Source: Labilithrix sp.
GTDB taxonomy: Bacteria; Myxococcota_A; Polyangia; Polyangiales; Polyangiaceae
DNA: 64,000 bases
Direction: 5' to 3'
NCBI GenBank assembly: GCA_046351255.1
Contig: JAXLYU010000009.1
Location: 293,975-357,974, forward strand
Numbering within the stretch: the stretch's first letter is position 1; each line of letters opens with the position of its first letter. The notes under the pieces were generated by a model. The model saw only the letters and a program-made list of their open reading frames with translations. It ran no database searches and was not told where the DNA came from. Positions 57,637-64,000 of the stretch are shown here, in pieces. Made by a program: the position numbers and the translations under genes.

Positions 57637-57664
57637 CCGAAGACCGCAGGCGAGGATAGCAGTC

Positions 57665-58366
57665 ATGAAGGCGTGCGCCGTGGCCATCGTGATGACGACG
57701 GGAGCCATCGGCATCGGCTGCGCGGGCGTGCTCGGCATCACGGACGTCCACGCCGTCGACGAGCCCGACGGCGCTGCGGCGATCGTGGACGCGGACGTCG
57801 CGCGCGACGCCCCGGCGATCTCGGAGGGCGGGACGACGGAGCCCGTCGACGGCGGGAAGGAGGGGGGAGCCCTCATCCCCGGCCGTCGCGTGTTCGTCAC
57901 GTCGTCGGCGATGAACGGCGCGATCGGCAGCGCGAAGAACGCCGACGCGATCTGCGCGACCGCGGCCCAGGGCCTCGGCGGCGCGTGGGTGGCGTGGTTC
58001 TCGACGCCGGACTCGAACGCGCCCGAGGGGCGTTTCACCTACGAGGGACCGTGGTCCCTCCTCGACGGGACCTTGGTGGCCAACGATCTCGGGCAGCTGA
58101 AGAGCGGCACGCTCGCCCATGCCATCTCGCTCAACGAGAAGAAGCAGGCGCCAGCGGCAGGGATGCTGGTCTGGACGGGCACGAAGGCGAACGGCTCGAC
58201 CTCGACCACCAACTGCACGAACTGGACGGACGCCACCGGGACCGTCTTCGGAGAGGCGGGCTCGCCGGAGCGCGCGGACGCGGCGTGGACGGAGTCGAAC
58301 ACGCTCGGCGGTCCCTTCTTCGTGGCCTGCAACTCGGCCGCGCTCCTCTACTGCTTCGAGCAATGA
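57665..58366 (+). CDS. Lipoprotein of unknown function ending ..LLYCFEQ (DUF1554-like?)
   Basis: Signal plus lipobox (MKACAVAIVMTTGAIGIGCAG). Terminal CNSAALLYCFEQ. Confidence 0.45.
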   Translation: MKACAVAIVMTTGAIGIGCAGVLGITDVHAVDEPDGAAAIVDADVARDAPAISEGGTTEPVDGGKEGGALIPGRRVFVTSSAMNGAIGSAKNADAICATAAQGLGGAWVAWFSTPDSNAPEGRFTYEGPWSLLDGTLVANDLGQLKSGTLAHAISLNEKKQAPAAGMLVWTGTKANGSTSTTNCTNWTDATGTVFGEAGSPERADAAWTESNTLGGPFFVACNSAALLYCFEQ

Positions 58367-58372
58367 GCTCGC

Positions 58373-59245
58373 TCAGCGATACCAGACGAGGGTGACCCCC
58401 GCCGCGTCTCGCCCCACGTTCGCGGTGAGATGAAGCGCGACGCCGGCGGCGAGGATGGTCGCGCCGCCGATGATGCCCACCGTCGCGAGCGTGGCCCAGG
58501 TGCGTGCCGTGTCGACGTCCCTCTGCTGCTGGCCCGCGATCGCGCGCGGGCAGCCGGCGTCGGGACACGCGCTCTCCACCGAGCGCCAGTAGGTGAGGGC
58601 GATCGTCCCCGAGACGAGCCCGGCCGCGAGGAGGGCCCCGCCTCCGATCTCCATGCCGATCCCGACCGTACGGCGCGGGCTCGGCGATGCGGCCACGAGC
58701 TGTGGGATCGTGACGGTGAGCGATTGCCCCTCGGCGAGCTCGACCGTCGTCTGCCACGGCTCGTGGTCCGGCGAGGTGGCGGCGATGACATGACGTCCGG
58801 GATCGACCGCGATCGCGGCGTCGAGGGTGGCCGCCTCGATGGCGGTGCCGTCGCGGGTCACGGTCGCGCCCTTCTTCGTGGCGACGATGGTGAGGCGCGG
58901 CACGCGCGGTTGGAGCCGCTCCGCGCCTTTGCGCGCGTGGTCGACGCGAGGGTCGTGCATCGTCTCCGCGAGCGTGATCGCCTGGCGGTAGGCGAGCCAC
59001 GACTGCGCGAGCTCGTTCAGGTGCTCGTGGCATTCGCCGAGGTTGAGGAGCGTACCGACCGCGGGCGACAGCTCCTGACTGCGCGTGAAGCGCTTGCACG
59101 CTTCCGTGTAGTTTCCCTGCAATGCGAGGCGATGCCCCTCGTCGAACAGGCTCTCGGCGGCGGCCAGCGTGGGATTCGCTGCGCTCGCGTCGCGGACGAG
59201 AAGGAGGAGGACTCCGGTGAGAACGAACGCGCGGGCCCGACTCAT
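58373..59245 (-). CDS. Secreted/TM protein with an N-terminal TPR-like helical region and a C-terminal TM helix
   Basis: Signal peptide MSRARAFVLTGVLLLLVRDASA. Ala/Leu helical repeat region. Hydrophobic segments GIGMEIGGGALLAAGLV and ATVGIIGGATILAAGVAL. The ATG overlaps the kinase stop (ATGA). Confidence 0.45.
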   Translation of the reverse strand: MSRARAFVLTGVLLLLVRDASAANPTLAAAESLFDEGHRLALQGNYTEACKRFTRSQELSPAVGTLLNLGECHEHLNELAQSWLAYRQAITLAETMHDPRVDHARKGAERLQPRVPRLTIVATKKGATVTRDGTAIEAATLDAAIAVDPGRHVIAATSPDHEPWQTTVELAEGQSLTVTIPQLVAASPSPRRTVGIGMEIGGGALLAAGLVSGTIALTYWRSVESACPDAGCPRAIAGQQQRDVDTARTWATLATVGIIGGATILAAGVALHLTANVGRDAAGVTLVWYR

Positions 59246-60582
59246 CGATGGTCCAGGTCGTGGTCGGGCGTCGGGGCCGGCGGGGACGGGGCGGGCGCGG
59301 GCGGCAGCACCGGGGGCGGAGCGGGCGCGGCCGACACACGCACCCTGGGCGAGCGCCGGATGGGCGGCCGCGTGAGCGTGATGGGCGGCGGGTCGATCGG
59401 GCTCGCGGAGGCGGACGGCGCCGTGGTCGCGGTGGGCAGCGGGGGCGGGGGCGGGAAGGGCGTAGCCGCCGCGAGCGCATCGCTGGGCTCGGGCGCCGCG
59501 CGAAGCCCGGCGATGACGCCGACGCTCCCGATCGCCGCCGCGATCGGGAGCACGAGCCACGTTCGCCGCCGCGGCGCGGGAGCGAGCGCTCCAGGCACGG
59601 CCCGAGCGGGATCCGTGAGGAGCTCCTCGACGGACCGGCTCGGATCGGTGGGGACGGTCTGCTGAAGCTCCTTTTGCTTCGCGATCTGCGCGGCGCCGAC
59701 GCGGCGGACCCACGCGCCGACCTCCTCGTCGGAGGCGGCCGTCTCGATCGCGAGCGCTTCGTAGAGGTCTCGCGCGTGCGCATATCGGTCGGCCGGCTCG
59801 CGCGCGGTCGCCTTCGCGACGATGGCGTCGAGCTCGGGAGAGACATCGGCGCGCGCCGTGCTCGGCGCAGGAACGTCGGCCGTCATCACGCGCGCCATGA
59901 CGACGCGCGCGTCGTCCGACTCGAAGGGGAGCCGCCCCGTCAGGAGCTGCCAGGTCATCACTCCGGCGGAATAGACATCGGTCTGCCTCGTCACGGGCCG
60001 CTCGAGCAGCTGTTCGGGCGCCATGTAAGCGAACTTGCCGCGCACCTGTCCCGTTTGCGTCGCGGGCGCGAGCCGACCCATGGCCTTGGCGATGCCGAAA
60101 TCGATGAGGCGCGGCACCCCGTCCGCCCCCACCAGCACGTTTTGCGGCGACACGTCGCGATGGACGATGCCGAGCGGAGAGCCGTCGGCGCCCGTCGCCT
60201 CGTGCGCCGCGTCGAGCCCGCGGAGCATCCCGCGAAGGATCGCGATCGCGATCGGGCGTGGCACCTCCTCGCCGAGCGCTCTGGCCTCGTCCATCAGCGT
60301 GCCGAGCGCCGCGCCTTCGACGTACTCGAGCACGAGCCCGAACGCCCCGCCAGCGGCCACGAGGTCGAGCGTGTCGATGATGTTCACGTGCCGGAGCTGC
60401 GACGCGAGTCGCCCCTCGTCGACGAGCATCGCGACGAGCTGCGGATCGGAGGCGTGGTGCGGATGCAGACGCTTGATCGCGACGAGCCGCGAGAACCCGG
60501 CGCTCCCGGTCATGCGCGCGAGATAGACCGTCCCCATGCCGCCCGAGGCCAGCGTGCCGATGATGTTGTATCGACCGGACAT
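59242..60582 (-). CDS. Ser/Thr protein kinase with a Pro/Ala-rich C-terminal tail
   Basis: [30 protein letters not shown] and APEQ motifs. The start is placed at Met MSGRYNII. The ORF extends to 60669 (MTAEG..). Confidence 0.8.
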   Translation of the reverse strand: MSGRYNIIGTLASGGMGTVYLARMTGSAGFSRLVAIKRLHPHHASDPQLVAMLVDEGRLASQLRHVNIIDTLDLVAAGGAFGLVLEYVEGAALGTLMDEARALGEEVPRPIAIAILRGMLRGLDAAHEATGADGSPLGIVHRDVSPQNVLVGADGVPRLIDFGIAKAMGRLAPATQTGQVRGKFAYMAPEQLLERPVTRQTDVYSAGVMTWQLLTGRLPFESDDARVVMARVMTADVPAPSTARADVSPELDAIVAKATAREPADRYAHARDLYEALAIETAASDEEVGAWVRRVGAAQIAKQKELQQTVPTDPSRSVEELLTDPARAVPGALAPAPRRRTWLVLPIAAAIGSVGVIAGLRAAPEPSDALAAATPFPPPPPLPTATTAPSASASPIDPPPITLTRPPIRRSPRVRVSAAPAPPPVLPPAPAPSPPAPTPDHDLDHR

Positions 60583-60718
60583 GAGCGTCTGCCGCCGCGC
60601 CCCCGCGAGCCGCTGCGGTCGTCGTCGAATGTAGCATACGGCGGCACGCGCAGTGCCCTCGGCCGTCAACCTCGGAGCATCGCGATGAGGTCCGTGACGC
60701 CGGGGTCGTGGCCCGTGC

Positions 60719-62965
60719 TCAGTGCGCTTTCTTCATGTCCGCGAGGATGCGCGTGCTCTCGTCGACCCAGAGGTCCTTCGCGAGCGTGTCCTTCCACTTG
60801 TCGAGGCGCTTCTGGATGCGCGGGTCCGGGGACGGCGCCTCCTGCGTGAGCGACGACACCTCCATCAGCGGCTTCGGCTCGTGCTTCTTGGGATCGAGGG
60901 CCTCGAGCTCCGCCTTCATGCGCTTGTGATCGGCCTGCCACGCGTCACGCGCGAGGGGGACGAGCGTCTTGTCGCGGCGCTGCTCCATCAGCTTCGCGAA
61001 CTTCGTGACCGTGATGAGGTCCGCGTTCGCGCTCGTACGCGCGGTGCTCGCGGCGGCGAGGTCGGCCGTCTTCCAGGCGTGAGGCAGCTTCGTGAACGGG
61101 GCAGGCGCGATCGTCGACCAGGGGATGGCGTGGAACAGCGTGCGCTCGCCCGACTCGACGAACGACGTGGGGTCGGGGAGGAGGACGTCGGGCACGACGC
61201 CTTTCAGCTGGGTGGAGCCGCCGCTGACCCGGAAATACTCCTCGATCGTGATCTTGTAGACGCCGAGCGGATCGCCCTTCGTGGGCTGACGCGAGTTGCG
61301 ATCGAGGTCGAGCACGGCCTGCACCGTGCCCTTGCCGTGGGTCGCGCTCGAGCCGACCACGACCGCGCGCTCGTAGTCCTGGAGCGCGCCCGCGACGATC
61401 TCCGCGGCGGAGGCGCAGAAGCGGTCGACGAGCACGACGACGGGGCCGTCGAAGGCGATGGACGTGTCGGTGTCGCGGAGGACCTCGATCGTGCCCTTGC
61501 CGTCCTTCGTCTGGACGACGGGGCCTTCCTTGATGAACAGCCCGCCGATGTCGCGCGCGTGCGTGAGGAGGCCGCCGCCGTTGCCGCGGAGGTCGAAGAC
61601 GAGCGACTTGACGCCCTTCTTCGTGAGCTGGTTGAGGATGGTGCGCATGTCGTCGGTGGCGTTGCGCTCGCCGGGCTTCTTCGCCTTTCCGGACTCCCCA
61701 TAGAAGCCTGGAAGATGCACGTAACCGACCTCGCCGTCCGTCTTCGTCTTGAGGACGGCGCCGCGCGCGTAGGTCGCCTCGATGCGGATCAGGTCTCGCG
61801 TGATCGGGATGGTCTTGATCTCCCCGTCGGGCTTCTTCACGGTCAGGATGACCACTGTGCCCTTCGGCCCGCGAATCATGCTCACGACCTTGCCGATCGG
61901 CATGTCGGTCACGTCGACCGGCTCCTTGCCCTCCTGGGCGACGGCCTGGATGAGGTCGCCGATCTCGAGCTTGCCCTGCTGCCAGGCCGCGCCGCCGGGG
62001 ACGAGGTCGTTCACGAGAATGTAGTGATCCTGCTCCCGGAGCGTGGCCCCGATGCCCTCGAGGCGGCCCGTGAGCTGGATATCGAAGTCGGCCTCCTCCG
62101 CAGGCGGGAGGTAGTTCGTATGCGGATCATAGACCGCATTGAGCGCGTTGATGAACGTCTGGCTGGCCTGGAGCTTGTCGGCGGTGGCGAGCCTCGCGAA
62201 CTGCGTCGCGAACTGACCGGCGAGCTCCTTCTGCACCTTGTCGCGGCGTCCCTCGAAGGTCGGGGGGATCTCGCCGAGCGCCTTCTCCGCCGCCGAGTCG
62301 CGCTTGGCGTCATCGGCATCGACGGGCTTGTCCTCGGGCTTCGGGTTCTTGCGACGCTCGAGCGTGTCTTCGAGCTGCTGCGCGCGCTCGAGGACCTGGA
62401 GCTTCAGCACACCCCGCCAGCGCGCCGCGAGCTCTTCTTCCGTCTTGCAGAACCCTCGCTTCTTCGCGTCGGTCTCGATCGACTCGTTCGCGGTGAAGTC
62501 GAGCGGCGTGGCGAGCGTGCGCGCGATGATGTCCGCGACCACCTTGCGACGGCTCGTGAGCAGCGCCACGCCCTTGCGACCGAGCGTCAGGTCGCCGGCC
62601 TTGAGCTCGTCATCCATGTCCGTCTCGAACCGCGCGAGCCGCTGGACGTCGCCCTCGAGGAAGAACAGCTTCCCGCCGTCGAGCTCTTCGATGAACCTCG
62701 AGAACGCCTCCTTGGAGACGGCGTCGTCGATGGCTCGCGCCCGGACGTGCTCGGCGCCGAGCAGCGAGGCGGCCGCGTTGGCGAGCGCGGCCTCGCGCGG
62801 GTCGCGCGGGGCCTCGGCGAGCTCGGTGTCGATGACGCGCGCGGATCCCGCGGCGGAGGCGGTGGGAGCCGAGGCGGTCCCGTCGTGCTTGTCGGCGGGA
62901 CGCCGAGACCCGCACGCAGCCGCGAGCAACAAGAGGAAGAGGGCGGGGCGAGCCGAACGACGCAT
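60719..62965 (-). CDS. S41-family C-terminal processing (tail-specific) protease lipoprotein
   Basis: Signal plus lipobox (LFLLLLAAACGS). PDZ region (..LVPGGAAWQQGKLEIGDLIQAV..). The S41 catalytic core has LVFDLRGNGGG, and Ser/Lys-dyad-type segments VVVLVDRFCASAAEIVAGALQD and ATHGKGTVQ. Confidence 0.85.
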   Translation of the reverse strand: MRRSARPALFLLLLAAACGSRRPADKHDGTASAPTASAAGSARVIDTELAEAPRDPREAALANAAASLLGAEHVRARAIDDAVSKEAFSRFIEELDGGKLFFLEGDVQRLARFETDMDDELKAGDLTLGRKGVALLTSRRKVVADIIARTLATPLDFTANESIETDAKKRGFCKTEEELAARWRGVLKLQVLERAQQLEDTLERRKNPKPEDKPVDADDAKRDSAAEKALGEIPPTFEGRRDKVQKELAGQFATQFARLATADKLQASQTFINALNAVYDPHTNYLPPAEEADFDIQLTGRLEGIGATLREQDHYILVNDLVPGGAAWQQGKLEIGDLIQAVAQEGKEPVDVTDMPIGKVVSMIRGPKGTVVILTVKKPDGEIKTIPITRDLIRIEATYARGAVLKTKTDGEVGYVHLPGFYGESGKAKKPGERNATDDMRTILNQLTKKGVKSLVFDLRGNGGGLLTHARDIGGLFIKEGPVVQTKDGKGTIEVLRDTDTSIAFDGPVVVLVDRFCASAAEIVAGALQDYERAVVVGSSATHGKGTVQAVLDLDRNSRQPTKGDPLGVYKITIEEYFRVSGGSTQLKGVVPDVLLPDPTSFVESGERTLFHAIPWSTIAPAPFTKLPHAWKTADLAAASTARTSANADLITVTKFAKLMEQRRDKTLVPLARDAWQADHKRMKAELEALDPKKHEPKPLMEVSSLTQEAPSPDPRIQKRLDKWKDTLAKDLWVDESTRILADMKKAH

Positions 62966-63024
62966 CGCTCGAAAGTATCACGCGTCCAGCGCGTCGCCTC
63001 GCGACCTTGCATACTCGTGCCGGC

Positions 63025-63771
63025 TCAGTCGCGCTGCGTCGGAAGACCGCGTTTCGACCAGTCGCTGTAGCTGCCGGGGTAGAGCTTGCCCTCGCGTCCG
63101 GCGAGGTGGGCGCGGTGAAGGACGACGCAGGCGGTGACGCCCGAGCCACAGTAGACGACGAGCTCGCCGCCAGGGATCGCCTTCACGCTCTCCAACGATG
63201 CCTCGCTCCACGGGGCGTTGAGGGCGCCGGGGATACGGCCGGGCGGCTGGTCGACGGGGTTGGGCTCTCCACGCCACCGGTTCGCCGCGCGCGCGTCGAC
63301 GAGCACGAGCTCACCCTGCCCCTGACCTGGTCCTTGCCGCCGAGCGAGCTGCTCGCTCAGGGCTTCCGCGTGGATGACGTCATCCTTCCGCTCGCGCGGG
63401 GTGAATGTCGCCGCGGCGATTCCTTCGGTCCCGGCTCCCGTCTCCAGCGGTCCGCGCCACGAGGCGAGGTCGATGACGGCGCACGCGTCGTGACCGAAAT
63501 GGCGGAGGAGCCACCACAGCCGTTCGGCGCCGCCCATCGAGCCGTAGGCGACGACGAACACGCCCTCGCCGATCCCGGCCCGTCCGGCCGCCTGTGCAAA
63601 CCGCGCCGCCGAGGGCAGGGGATGACGTCCCTGTCCCTCGATCGAGGTGTCGGAGAGGTCGGTCTCGAGGTCGAGGAACGAAGCGCCGGGAATGTGTCCT
63701 GCGAGATAGAGCTCGCGTCCGCGCTCCCTCGCGCCAAGCTCCCAGCGACAGTCGACGAATTGATAGCGCAT
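63025..63771 (-). CDS. Rhodanese-like sulfurtransferase (two-domain thiosulfate/3-mercaptopyruvate sulfurtransferase type)
   Basis: The N-terminal rhodanese module (HIPGASFLDLETDL) is inactive. The C-terminal module is active, with a catalytic Cys loop CGSGVTA. Confidence 0.8.
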   Translation of the reverse strand: MRYQFVDCRWELGARERGRELYLAGHIPGASFLDLETDLSDTSIEGQGRHPLPSAARFAQAAGRAGIGEGVFVVAYGSMGGAERLWWLLRHFGHDACAVIDLASWRGPLETGAGTEGIAAATFTPRERKDDVIHAEALSEQLARRQGPGQGQGELVLVDARAANRWRGEPNPVDQPPGRIPGALNAPWSEASLESVKAIPGGELVVYCGSGVTACVVLHRAHLAGREGKLYPGSYSDWSKRGLPTQRD

Positions 63772-63844
63772 GCCCCGATCCTACGGCGACCCGGGCGTCG
63801 CTGGGTACCGAGACGCCGCGGGGCAGATGGTTCTCCGTCTGGAC

Positions 63845-63870
63845 AATGATTTCAAAATCAGTTAATCATT
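63845..63870. promoter_or_regulatory. AT-rich nested palindrome (AATGATTTCAAAATCAGTTAATCATT) in the divergent rhodanese/VOC intergenic region
   Basis: TGATTT-CA-AAATCA inverted repeat nested inside AATGATT...AATCATT. GC is about 23% within a genome of about 70% GC. It lies 9 bp upstream of the VOC gene ATG. Confidence 0.45.
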
Positions 63871-63878
63871 CACTCATC

Positions 63879-64000
63879 ATGAACCCACCCCCCAAAGGCT
63901 GGCCCAGGCTCTCCGGCTCCGTCTACTACGAGGACCCCCGCGCTGCGATCGAGTGGCTCTGCAAGGCGTTCGGCTTCGAGAAGCGGCTCGTCGTCGAGGG
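63879..64000 (+). CDS. 5' end of a VOC/glyoxalase-family (PhnB-like) gene (partial)
   Basis: The ATG at 63879 is followed by MNPPPKGWPRLSGSVYYEDPRAAIEWLCKAFGFEKRLVVEG. This is the typical N-terminus of PhnB-like VOC proteins. The gene is truncated by the window edge. Confidence 0.4.
   Translation, partial: MNPPPKGWPRLSGSVYYEDPRAAIEWLCKAFGFEKRLVVE

Noticed and set aside
1-64000. CRISPR arrays, rRNA/tRNA genes, IS elements, integrases, prophage genes
   Set aside because: I found no direct-repeat or spacer periodicity, no transposase or integrase motifs, and no rRNA-like conserved stretches. I cannot exclude tRNAs without a covariance search, but the intergenic spaces are short and GC-rich without cloverleaf-like symmetry.

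Overview
The window is a 64-kb, gene-dense, very high-GC (about 70% or more) bacterial chromosomal segment. The gene content points to a myxobacterium (class Polyangia-like): many eukaryotic-type Ser/Thr kinases, FHA/sigma-54 enhancer-binding proteins, hybrid histidine kinases, a TIGR02996-type motif protein, and many lipoproteins and Cys-rich secreted proteins. I support 49 protein-coding genes. I recognised no rRNA, tRNA, CRISPR array, transposase or integrase. Because all six frames are open in DNA this GC-rich, long antisense ORFs (1,000 aa or more, Arg/Gly/Ala-rich) accompany nearly every real gene, and I reject them. The headline feature is a tightly coupled five-gene plus-strand operon at 313-12648. 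It encodes a WGR-domain protein, a 1584-aa protein with no recognisable motif, a MoxR-type AAA+ ATPase, an 1173-aa protein ending in a VWA/MIDAS domain, and a SWIM zinc-finger protein whose reading frame is disrupted. This matches the gene content of the functionally uncharacterised E. coli molR-yehI-yehLMPQ neighbourhood, so it is an uncharacterised MoxR-VWA 'machine' with putative nucleic-acid or PAR-binding (WGR) and SWIM modules. Other notable regions are listed below. The first is a signalling island at 28.4-35.2 kb: a Ser/Thr kinase, a receiver, a receiver-kinase fusion, and a hybrid kinase with three receivers. The second is a five-gene minus-strand glycan operon at 38.4-45.8 kb: two GH130 phosphorylase-like genes, a GH13 gene, a GT4 gene, and a GT4 fusion protein. 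There is a tandem pair of paralogous secreted proteins ending in ...CC[KQ]. There are several Cys-rich or Gly/Ser-repeat lipoproteins. A Ser/Thr kinase overlaps convergently with an FHA-sigma54 activator. An AT-rich nested palindrome lies at 63845-63870.
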